Part shown: one piece after another, positions 34,053 to 41,770 of the stretch
Layout of the letters: each line of letters opens with the position of its first letter
Position numbering within the stretch: the stretch's first letter is position 1
From: a virus
Taxonomy: Duplodnaviria; Caudoviricetes
Length of the DNA: 42,672 nt
Virus record (IMG/VR): IMGVR_UViG_3300037780_000213
Location: 1 to 42,672 of that record
Strand: one strand, 5' to 3'
Notes under the pieces: generated by a model
Databases searched by the model: none
What the model saw: only the letters and a program-made list of their open reading frames with translations
What the model was told of the DNA's origin: nothing
Position numbers and translations under genes: made by a program

Positions 34053-34174
34053 CCCAACCAGGGTCGCGAGGATGGGCGGTGGACCGGTAGCCAACCGCCC
34101 CAGGTTCCCCAAGGCCTGAAAGCCGCCAGCGGCAACCCGGTCCGCGATCGCCTCCACCAGCAGGAAACGCAACC

Positions 34175-35173
34175 ATGAACCACGACGACACCACCCCCCA
34201 GAAGTCCAGCGAGGCCCGCGCCGTAGCGGATATCGTTCAGGACCTCTACAGACCGCACGTCCTGACCGTCAAGGGCCAGGAAGGGCAGGCGGAAACGCAG
34301 GTCCTGATTCTTCCTGACGGCAACGGCGGCCTGTCCGCACGGGGCGTGAAGGAATTCCTCGATCCCTACCGCGCCAAGCCGGAACGCCGCAAGGGCAACG
34401 CGGATTTCACCGATCTGGACAGCCTTATCCAGCACGTGAACCGCTTCAAGGACAGCGACTCCGCCCTGTTCGCCAAGGACGACCGGGCGGCCCCCGCCAT
34501 CCAGGCGGTACTGGACTATCACCGCGCCGGCCACGAATCCGACCCGCGCTTTGGCCAGCACCGCGCCCGTTACAGCTTCCCGCTTTCCGATGAATGGCAG
34601 GCGTGGCGGAACGTGGACGGCGAAGCCATGGAACAGATGGAATTCGCCGAATTCCTGGAAGACCGCATCATCGACGTGATGCACCCGCCCGCCTTCCTGA
34701 CCGAAGGAACGGACCCGAACGCCGCCGGCGCGAAGGGCAAGCCCGCCGAACTTACCGACAGCGACGCCGGACTGCGGGACATGGTGGAGAAGATCGGCGG
34801 CAAGGTCTGCGGCCCTTCGAAGCTTATGGAACTGTCCAAGGGCCTGCGCATCCACGACCAGCAGAAAATGAAGGAAGTGGTCAACACCGCGACAGGCGAA
34901 GTCCAGATCCAGTTCGAATCCGAACACCAGGACGCCGAAGGCCGCCCGATCAAGGTGCCCAACCTGTTCCTGCTGGCCATCCCGGTCTTTCACAACGGCC
35001 CGCTGTACCGCGTCCCGGTCCGCCTGCGCTACCGCGCCCGCACCGGCAGGATCGCCTGGCACTTCACGATGCACCGCCCGGATCTGATTCAGGACCATGC
35101 CTTTTCGGAGGCGTGCGAACGGGCCGGGACGGAAACCGAACTGCCGTTGTTCTACGGCACGCCGGAAGCCTGA
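34175..35173 (+). CDS. DUF2303 (YfdQ) family protein
   Basis: P.RRKG, AVLDYH, S.EW..W, Q.EFAEFLEDRI.D, IPVF..G and RLRYR motifs. Confidence 0.85.
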   Translation: MNHDDTTPQKSSEARAVADIVQDLYRPHVLTVKGQEGQAETQVLILPDGNGGLSARGVKEFLDPYRAKPERRKGNADFTDLDSLIQHVNRFKDSDSALFAKDDRAAPAIQAVLDYHRAGHESDPRFGQHRARYSFPLSDEWQAWRNVDGEAMEQMEFAEFLEDRIIDVMHPPAFLTEGTDPNAAGAKGKPAELTDSDAGLRDMVEKIGGKVCGPSKLMELSKGLRIHDQQKMKEVVNTATGEVQIQFESEHQDAEGRPIKVPNLFLLAIPVFHNGPLYRVPVRLRYRARTGRIAWHFTMHRPDLIQDHAFSEACERAGTETELPLFYGTPEA

Positions 35174-35176
35174 CCC

Positions 35177-35344
35177 ATGGGGACCACCGGCGGCAATCGA
35201 CTGACCCAGGAGGAACAGCAACTCCTGGAAGCCGTCCGCCGGTGGTTCGGCTACCGCACGCCGGAAAACCTGCGCCGCATGACCACCGCCGCCAAGAACT
35301 GGATCAAGGCGGACTTGAAATCCCAAAAGGAAAGGACCGTTTGA
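35177..35344 (+). CDS. Hypothetical 55-aa protein
   Basis: Fills the gap after DUF2303; TGATG-coupled to the next ORF. Confidence 0.5.
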   Translation: MGTTGGNRLTQEEQQLLEAVRRWFGYRTPENLRRMTTAAKNWIKADLKSQKERTV

Positions 35345-35469
35345 TGCACCGCCGACACCTGCTGCGACCGTTCACGCGGCTGTTCAACCAGCTGACCCCC
35401 CTTGGCTGGATGGTTCTGGGAACCGCCGCCGCCACCCTTGGCATTGCCATCCGACTGCTGGGGGCCTGA
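35344..35469 (+). CDS. Small membrane protein (41 aa)
   Basis: AAGGA RBS and a C-terminal hydrophobic helix. Confidence 0.5.
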   Translation: MHRRHLLRPFTRLFNQLTPLGWMVLGTAAATLGIAIRLLGA

Positions 35470-35470
35470 C

Positions 35471-36067
35471 ATGACGACCGCCCCTCACACCGCTACGCCG
35501 GAAATCGCCGCGCCCTGGATGCAGATGGCATCGGGCCGCGCCTGGTCCCTGCTGCAGCCTGCCCCGGAACATGTCCACTGGCCCGACTTCGCGGAAAGCC
35601 TGGCGAAGATCTGCCGTTTCAACGGACACTGCACGCATTTCTACAGCGTCGCGCAGCACTGCTGCCACGTGGCGGATATCCTGCCGCCGAACCTGCGCCT
35701 GCGCGGCCTGCTGCACGACGCGCACGAAGCCGTGACGGGCGACACCATTTACCCGGTGAAAATGGCCTTGAAGGTCCTGAACGAGGCGGACATGGCCGCG
35801 TATATGGAATACGTGAACACCTGCGCCATCTACACCGCCGCAGGCGAACCGATCGACGATCACCAGGGCGACAGGATAGTCAAGCAGGCGGATCTGGTCA
35901 TGCTGGCCACGGAACGCCGCGACGTGATGGCCCCGGCACACCTGCCCTGGGATGCCCTGCCCGACCCCGCCCCGATGCGGATCAAGCCCTGGCCTTGGCC
36001 GAAGGCCATGGAAGAATGGCTCGACCGGCTGAACCGCTACCTGCCGCACGACAAACGCGGGGGCTGA
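35471..36067 (+). CDS. HD-domain phosphohydrolase (YfdR-like 5'-deoxynucleotidase)
   Basis: CRFNGH..FYSVAQH, LLHDAHEA..GD and AD...LATERRD. Confidence 0.88.
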   Translation: MTTAPHTATPEIAAPWMQMASGRAWSLLQPAPEHVHWPDFAESLAKICRFNGHCTHFYSVAQHCCHVADILPPNLRLRGLLHDAHEAVTGDTIYPVKMALKVLNEADMAAYMEYVNTCAIYTAAGEPIDDHQGDRIVKQADLVMLATERRDVMAPAHLPWDALPDPAPMRIKPWPWPKAMEEWLDRLNRYLPHDKRGG

Positions 36068-36070
36068 CCG

Positions 36071-36949
36071 ATGGCGAAGCCTCACACCCGCCCGCGCGGC
36101 TTCATTGCCAACTGGTCCCCCCAGGCACACACCAGGGACCTGATCGACAATGTTCAGACCATCCTGGACCAGAACAGCGATATCCTGCCCCTGACCCTGC
36201 GGCAGATCTTCTACATGCTGGTGTCCGGCTTCGGGTTCGAAAAGACCGAACAGGCCTATCAGCGTCTTTGCGAGAACATGAACCGCGCCCGCCGCGCCCG
36301 CTGGATTGACATGGGCGATATCCGGGACGACGGCCTGCGGCGCGAAGACCCGCACGGATGGGAAAGCGAAGACGCTATCCTTGACACCTTCCGCAGCTAC
36401 AGCAGCCGGTTCCGGCTGCATCGCCAGGAAGACCAGGACACCCACATCATGGTGTGGTGCGAAGCATCCGGCATGTTGCCGCAGTTGGCCCGCTACTGCG
36501 AAGACTATGGCGTCACGGTCCTGTCCAGCGGCGGTTTCGACAGCGTGACCACCAAGCACAACCTGGCCAAGGAAGTCTCGGAACTGCCCGCCGTGGAAAT
36601 TCTCCATATCGGAGACCACGACCCGTCCGGGGTTCACATGTGCAACAGCCTGGACGAAGACCTGCAGGCCTTCGTTTCCCATTTCGGTGGAGACGTGACC
36701 GTTACCCGGCTTGCCGTCACCCCCGACCAGGTGCGCCGCATGAACCTGCCCACCGCCCCGCCGAAGCGGTCGGACCGGCGGGCGTTTTCCGGCATGACCA
36801 CCCAGGCCGAAGCCATCCCGCCCCGCGTGCTGCGGCAGATCGTGGTGGAAGCGATCGAGGACCGCATGGACATGGACGTCTACCGCGAAACCCTGGAACG
36901 CGAGGCCGAAATCCGCACAAGCCTGTCCGAAAAACTGGCCCGGCTCTAA
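36071..36949 (+). CDS. Topoisomerase VI-A/Spo11-like winged-helix plus Toprim protein
   Basis: LTLRQIFYML (Tyr helix), WCE (Toprim Glu) and GDHDPSG (DxD). Confidence 0.7.
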   Translation: MAKPHTRPRGFIANWSPQAHTRDLIDNVQTILDQNSDILPLTLRQIFYMLVSGFGFEKTEQAYQRLCENMNRARRARWIDMGDIRDDGLRREDPHGWESEDAILDTFRSYSSRFRLHRQEDQDTHIMVWCEASGMLPQLARYCEDYGVTVLSSGGFDSVTTKHNLAKEVSELPAVEILHIGDHDPSGVHMCNSLDEDLQAFVSHFGGDVTVTRLAVTPDQVRRMNLPTAPPKRSDRRAFSGMTTQAEAIPPRVLRQIVVEAIEDRMDMDVYRETLEREAEIRTSLSEKLARL

Positions 36950-36970
36950 TCCGAACCTGGAGGACCCAAC

Positions 36971-37441
36971 ATGTCCGGTTCATTGAACAAGGTGATTCTG
37001 GTCGGCAACCTGGGGAAGGACCCCGAAATCCGGCAGACCACGGCAGGCAAGAAAGTCGCCAGTTTTTCCCTGGCCACGAACGAGTCCTGGAAGGACCGCG
37101 AGACCGGGGAACGCCGCCAGCGCACCGAATGGCATCGCGTCGTGGTGTTCAATGAACGCCTGGCGGACGTGGTGGAACAATATGTCAAGGGCGGCCAGAA
37201 GGTCCTGGTCGAAGGGCAACTCGCAACGCGCAAATGGCAGGGCCAGGACGGACAGGACCGCTACACCACGGAAGTGGTTTTGCAGCCCTACAACGGCAAC
37301 CTTGAAATGCTCTCCGGGCGCGGCAACGGCCCGCCCCCGGCGGAGGATGGCGACGCCTACGGCACCACCCGCACCACCGACCCAGGCCCGGACCAGCGGC
37401 GCGACTACAGCGCCGATCTGGACGACGAAATCCCGTTCTGA
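36971..37441 (+). CDS. ssb: Single-stranded DNA-binding protein
   Basis: [16 protein letters not shown]...TEWHRVV...DDEIPF. Confidence 0.97.
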   Translation: MSGSLNKVILVGNLGKDPEIRQTTAGKKVASFSLATNESWKDRETGERRQRTEWHRVVVFNERLADVVEQYVKGGQKVLVEGQLATRKWQGQDGQDRYTTEVVLQPYNGNLEMLSGRGNGPPPAEDGDAYGTTRTTDPGPDQRRDYSADLDDEIPF

Positions 37442-37458
37442 CGGAAGGACCCGCAGCC

Positions 37459-37848
37459 ATGCACGCCGCGCCCCGCGAAACCGAAACCCGCAAGCCCGCC
37501 GCCCGATCGGCCAGAAAGCAATCCGCCGCCGCGCCGCTGGTGCCAAAGGGCATCCCGCCGCGCCCGGTCGATTTCTGCAAGGAATGCGGCAACCCCTATT
37601 ACCCGCGCCGCGAGGACCAGGAATTCTGCGGCGGCACCTGCCGGTCGAAGTTCCACAAGCGCCGCCAGCAGCGCGGCACCGAACTGTACGACTTCGCCAT
37701 GGACTGGCGGGGCAAGCGCCGCAAGGGCGGGTTCACCGCCCTGTGCCAGATGCTGGACGACTGGCTGCGCGACAACCGGGTCCGCAAGGATGCCCACCGC
37801 CGCATCCGGGAAGCCTGGAACCGGCAGCAGAAGGAACAGCGGCAATGA
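37459..37848 (+). CDS. Hypothetical zinc-finger protein
   Basis: CKECG...FCGGTC motif. Confidence 0.65.
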   Translation: MHAAPRETETRKPAARSARKQSAAAPLVPKGIPPRPVDFCKECGNPYYPRREDQEFCGGTCRSKFHKRRQQRGTELYDFAMDWRGKRRKGGFTALCQMLDDWLRDNRVRKDAHRRIREAWNRQQKEQRQ

Positions 37849-38141
37849 CGAAGTGCGGACACTGCGGCTTTGACATTCACCCGTCCGAACACCGCCGCAG
37901 TTTTGGGTTCTATATCGCCCACCAGGAACACCGCTGCCGCGAGTTGCTGTTGACGGAAATCAGTCGCCTGAAATCGGAAGTGGAGGACCTGCGCGCAGAG
38001 AACGCCCGCATGCGCCCGCTATTCGCCCCGGCAGGTACCGTCGATTGTTCGCCCGATGAAGGCCTGTTGTCCATCCACTATGACGACGACGGGGACGCCC
38101 AAAAGGCATTCGACGCCCTGGGGGCGGTCTGGGATGCCTAA
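37845..38141 (+). CDS. Hypothetical protein (CxxC plus coiled coil)
   Basis: ATGA-coupled start MTKCGHCG. Confidence 0.6.
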   Translation: MTKCGHCGFDIHPSEHRRSFGFYIAHQEHRCRELLLTEISRLKSEVEDLRAENARMRPLFAPAGTVDCSPDEGLLSIHYDDDGDAQKAFDALGAVWDA

Positions 38142-38661
38142 CATTCCCCGCATCGCCCTGTCCGTCCGGCAGCCATGGGCCTGGGCCATATGCCATGCCG
38201 GCAAGGATATTGAGAACCGCAGCGCCGCCGCCGTGCGCCACGGCATGAAGCCGCAGCGCATCGCCATTCACGCGGCCAAGGGCATGACCCGCGACGAATA
38301 CGAGGACGCCCGAGACTTCATGGCCGCCATGGGCATCGATTGCCCGCTGCCGGATCTGCTGCTGCGCGGCGCGATCATCGGCGCGGCCACCGTGTCCGCC
38401 ATCGTCCGGGACAGCGACAGCCCCTGGTGGATGGGGCCGCGCGGCCTGGTCCTGACCGACCAGGAACACGTCCCGCCGATCGCGGCCAATGGCGCGCTGG
38501 GTTTCTTCCAATGGCACCCCGCCCCGGACACCGCCCCGGCGGCACCGCTGCCCTGGATGCGCAAATGGGGCCGCCCGTCACCCGACGCCGCGCGCCCGGC
38601 GCAAGACGCCGGGCCAGCCCCGCTGCCGCTGTTCGAACCCGCCCCCAACAAGGAGTCCTGA
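38134..38661 (+). CDS. ASCH-domain protein
   Basis: ALSVRQPWAWAI...GKDIENR...IAIHA...GAIIG. Confidence 0.85.
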   Translation: MPNIPRIALSVRQPWAWAICHAGKDIENRSAAAVRHGMKPQRIAIHAAKGMTRDEYEDARDFMAAMGIDCPLPDLLLRGAIIGAATVSAIVRDSDSPWWMGPRGLVLTDQEHVPPIAANGALGFFQWHPAPDTAPAAPLPWMRKWGRPSPDAARPAQDAGPAPLPLFEPAPNKES

Positions 38662-38662
38662 A

Positions 38663-39184
38663 ATGGCCACCATATTGCACGGCCCCGCCGCCAGTGGGAA
38701 ATCTCACAACGCCGAAGCCATCGCCGAAGCTTACGGGTGCAATCAGATCATCGATGGCTGGCATCCTTCCGACAGAAAGGAACTGCCGGTCAATTGCTTG
38801 GCAATCATGGTGGCGGGCAAACCGCCGAACCCACACGACAAGGCGTTTCGGCTCCACCGCCTGGTATCGATCGAAGAGGCGCTCCAGGAAATCGGGCACC
38901 CCGAATGGATTGGCCGCGACTGGCTGGCCGAACGACGGAAACCCCAACACGACCCGGTGAACCACCCTGACCACTACGGCGGGGCCAACAACCCCTATGA
39001 GGCCATAAAGGTCATTGAGGCATGGGGGCTGGGTTTCAACCTGGGGAACGTCGCCAAGTACATCGCCCGCACCGACCGCAAGGACAACGCCCTGGAGGAC
39101 CTGAAAAAGGCCCGATGGTACCTGGACCGCGAAATCCAGAACCGCGAACTAGCGGTCGACCAGCGCGACAGCAAGGAGTCCTGA
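38663..39184 (+). CDS. Short P-loop segment fused to DUF3310 domain
   Basis: ILHGPAASGKS at the N-terminus; DPVNHPDHY...GNVAKY..R...EDLKKARWYL at the C-terminus. Confidence 0.8.
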   Translation: MATILHGPAASGKSHNAEAIAEAYGCNQIIDGWHPSDRKELPVNCLAIMVAGKPPNPHDKAFRLHRLVSIEEALQEIGHPEWIGRDWLAERRKPQHDPVNHPDHYGGANNPYEAIKVIEAWGLGFNLGNVAKYIARTDRKDNALEDLKKARWYLDREIQNRELAVDQRDSKES

Positions 39185-39186
39185 CC

Positions 39187-39399
39187 ATGTTCAAGCGCCT
39201 GCTATGCGCCGCCCGAGGCCACGGCCCGACCACCTATCACCGCACCCCGTCCGGGTGTCACGAAAAATGCGCGGACTGCGGGCGCGTCAAGCTTCGCGAT
39301 GATCTCCAGTTCGCGATTTCCGAAGCGGACCGAGACCGGTTCCGGCCCGCCCAGCTACCCAAGGAAAGGACTTTGGAACAAGACGAAGGCGAACGCTAA
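39187..39399 (+). CDS. Hypothetical protein (LC...GH...CxxCG)
   Basis: AAGGAG RBS; small Cys/His protein. Confidence 0.6.
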   Translation: MFKRLLCAARGHGPTTYHRTPSGCHEKCADCGRVKLRDDLQFAISEADRDRFRPAQLPKERTLEQDEGER

Positions 39400-39761
39400 T
39401 GAGCATCATCGAAAATGCGATCAAGTCCAGGTGCCGACAGGACGAACTGCGCCTGGAAATTGAACTGGAAAGAGCGCGGCAACCCGAAAAATTGGCAGAG
39501 ATAGAACGCTTACGTGCCGCCGTATCGGAAGCTGAAAGAATGTTCCGATGGTATGGCGATCTGCACACCGCAAAACCCGACCACGAGAAAGCCAGGCGCA
39601 ATTATGACATGGCAGACAAAATGGCTACGGCTCTTGGTTTGGAGAATCGCAGCAATAGAACAAGGCGCATAAGTGACCGCGAGGAATGCGACCTCTGCGA
39701 CAACGATGGACACTGTACCCGCCAGTGCGAACCGTCCCTCAATCCGGCGACAAAGGATTGA
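39399..39761 (+). CDS. Hypothetical protein
   Basis: TAATG-coupled start; coiled coil with a Cys-rich tail. Confidence 0.55.
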   Translation: MSIIENAIKSRCRQDELRLEIELERARQPEKLAEIERLRAAVSEAERMFRWYGDLHTAKPDHEKARRNYDMADKMATALGLENRSNRTRRISDREECDLCDNDGHCTRQCEPSLNPATKD

Positions 39762-40029
39762 GGCAATGCCTGCTCGGCGCGTCTTCCTCCATGCCCGGAT
39801 ACACCAGCCGCCGCCAGTGTTCGTCGTACATTGGAAGTATCCAGACATCGGCGACCTTGGCGCGACAATCGGCGCAGACGAACCTGTTACGGATATTCCG
39901 CAGCGGCGTGACGGACCAGAATTTAAGGGCCAGCAATGCCGCGTCGATAAAGACTTCGCGACCGCAAGCATAGGTCACATGGACCCAACATCGCGCTTCG
40001 TGAAGTTCGCCAAGGGTGTAATCGCTCAC
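39739..40029 (-). CDS. Small Zn-ribbon-like protein, antisense to the early operon, putatively SOS-regulated
   Basis: GTG 40029; reads TLGEL...WVHVTYACGR...FVCADC; LexA box immediately upstream. Confidence 0.55.
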   Translation of the reverse strand: MSDYTLGELHEARCWVHVTYACGREVFIDAALLALKFWSVTPLRNIRNRFVCADCRAKVADVWILPMYDEHWRRLVYPGMEEDAPSRHCLNPLSPD

Positions 40030-40031
40030 GC

Positions 40032-40046
40032 GAACACCGATAGAAC
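40032..40046 (-). promoter_or_regulatory. Alphaproteobacterial LexA (SOS) box GTTC-N7-GTTC
   Basis: Minus strand GTTC-TATCGGT-GTTC, 2 nt upstream of GTG 40029. Confidence 0.65.
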
Positions 40047-40092
40047 AAACATGCGCCCGCGACAACCGGTCAACAGGAAGGAACGGCAACCA

Positions 40093-40308
40093 ATGCCCAA
40101 GAAACTGACCGAAACCATGATTGCGCAGCTGCGCGCCCTGCCGATCGCGGCCAGCAATGTCGAAAGATCCTGCTGCGCCCTGCAGGACCGGGGGCTGGCC
40201 TATCCCGACATGTCGGACCCAAAGAGCCTGCCGCACAAACCCGTATGGCGACCGACCGCCGCCGGCCAGGCCCTGCGCCGCCAGGGCGCAGCGCACCCCG
40301 CCGAATAG
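40093..40308 (+). CDS. Hypothetical winged-helix-like small protein
   Basis: AAGGA RBS; ALQDRGLA...PTAAGQA pattern. Confidence 0.6.
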   Translation: MPKKLTETMIAQLRALPIAASNVERSCCALQDRGLAYPDMSDPKSLPHKPVWRPTAAGQALRRQGAAHPAE

Positions 40309-40323
40309 AAAGGACACCGTGCC

Positions 40324-40422
40324 ATGAGTTGGAATCTGATTGGGGGCATCGCGATCGGCATCTATCTGGTGGTTGCCTTCGTAACCGGCTTCACCTGGCC
40401 GGTTTGGATATGGTTCCTATAG
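40324..40422 (+). CDS. 32-aa hydrophobic peptide
   Basis: MSWNLIGGIAIGIYLVVAFVTGFTWPVWIWFL with an AAAGGA RBS. Confidence 0.55.
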   Translation: MSWNLIGGIAIGIYLVVAFVTGFTWPVWIWFL

Positions 40423-40429
40423 GTGCCGC

Positions 40430-41350
40430 ATGGGAGACAAAAGCGGCATTGAATGGACCGACGCGACCTGGAACCCCACGGTCGGCTGTTCCGTGATCAC
40501 GCCCGGCTGCACAAACTGCTATGCGATGCGGATGGCCGCCCGCCTGGAATCCATGGGCGGCGGCACCGGGGCGAAGTACAAGGCCCTGACCACCCCCGGC
40601 AAGGCCGGGCCGGTCTGGAACGGCACGGTTCGCCTGGACGATGCCGCCCTGACCCAGCCTTTGCGGTGGCGCAGGCCGCGCCGCATCTTCGTAAATTCCA
40701 TGTCGGACCTGTTCCACGACGGCCTGTCCGATGCGCAGATTGACCGGGTGTTCGCAGTTATGATGATTGCCCGCCGGCATACCTTCCAGGTCCTGACCAA
40801 ACGCAGCGACAGAATGCGCGCCTATATCAACGGGCTGCAGGACGATTGGCGAAACCGACTTCTCCGCGCCGCCCTGAACGTGCTGCAGGCTTATGCGTTC
40901 GAAGGCGGGGAATCCTGGCCGTGGCCCCTGTCCAATGTCTGGCTTGGCGTATCGGTGGAGGACCAGCGCCGCGCGGATCTGCGCGTGCCGGATCTTCTGG
41001 CCACGCCCGCCGCCGTGCGCTTCGTCAGCTGCGAACCGCTGCTCGGCCCCGTTGACCTTTCGGATATCGTCAATGTCATCGGCCCTGGCGACACATGGCA
41101 CATCGATGCCCTGGACCATATCGAGGCGGCACTTTGCCGAGACGAACCAGGCGGGCTGCCGGCACTTGATTGGGTCATTGCGGGCGGGGAATCCGGCCCA
41201 AAGGCCCGCCCCATGGACCCCGATTGGGCGCGGTCCCTGCGCGACCAGTGCGCAGGCACCGGCACCGCATTCCTGTTCAAGCAATGGGGCAGAAAATCGG
41301 CAGGCCGTGAACTCGATGGCCGCACCTGGGACGAATACCCGAAGGCCTGA
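40430..41350 (+). CDS. Phage Gp37/Gp68 (DUF5131) family protein
   Basis: IEWTDATWNP..GC....PGC.NCYA, FVNSMSDLFH, SCEPLLG, GGESG and FKQWG. Confidence 0.93.
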   Translation: MGDKSGIEWTDATWNPTVGCSVITPGCTNCYAMRMAARLESMGGGTGAKYKALTTPGKAGPVWNGTVRLDDAALTQPLRWRRPRRIFVNSMSDLFHDGLSDAQIDRVFAVMMIARRHTFQVLTKRSDRMRAYINGLQDDWRNRLLRAALNVLQAYAFEGGESWPWPLSNVWLGVSVEDQRRADLRVPDLLATPAAVRFVSCEPLLGPVDLSDIVNVIGPGDTWHIDALDHIEAALCRDEPGGLPALDWVIAGGESGPKARPMDPDWARSLRDQCAGTGTAFLFKQWGRKSAGRELDGRTWDEYPKA

Positions 41351-41353
41351 CCG

Positions 41354-41770
41354 ATGACGACGCCGCCCCGCATCGAAAGCCTGCCGCAGCTGGCCACCGT
41401 GGAAGAAGTGGCCGCCGTTCTGCGGTGCGGGCGACGATCGGTCCTGGCGATATGCGCCGCCGGACATATCAATTGCGCCAAGGTGGCCGGACGGTATTTG
41501 ATATTCGGACCGACCGCCGTTACCGATTATTTGGAAGCGCAAACCGTGACGAAGGAAAAACCGCCATGTCGCGCAGGAACAGGGGGCCATACCTCAAATG
41601 GCGCGCGGACCGCGACTGCTACGTCATCCAATGGTTCGAACGCGGACAGCGACGCACGTATTCGACGGGCCAGCGCGACCGCAAAGCGGCTGAAAGAACG
41701 CTCGCAGACTTCATCGTCCAGAACGAACAACCCACCGGGGGCCGTCGTCCCCCTGCGTCCGTCGAGATAG
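41354..41770 (+). CDS. xis: Excisionase-like HTH protein
   Basis: LATVEEVAAVLRC...G.I...KVAGRY motif; upstream of and overlapping int. Confidence 0.75.
   Translation: MTTPPRIESLPQLATVEEVAAVLRCGRRSVLAICAAGHINCAKVAGRYLIFGPTAVTDYLEAQTVTKEKPPCRAGTGGHTSNGARTATATSSNGSNADSDARIRRASATAKRLKERSQTSSSRTNNPPGAVVPLRPSR

Noticed and set aside
34062-34149. tRNA gene
   Set aside because: Multi-stem, but there is no TTC T-loop, no canonical D-loop and no 7-nt anticodon loop.
33896-36682. 476-aa and 432-aa minus-strand ORFs
   Set aside because: Shadows of the DUF2303, HD and Toprim genes, which carry clear family motifs on the plus strand.
39673-40092. N-terminal part of the 211-aa plus-strand ORF
   Set aside because: It has no good RBS. 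The SD-ATG at 40093 and the SOS-box-led antisense ORF explain the region better, though this is not proven.
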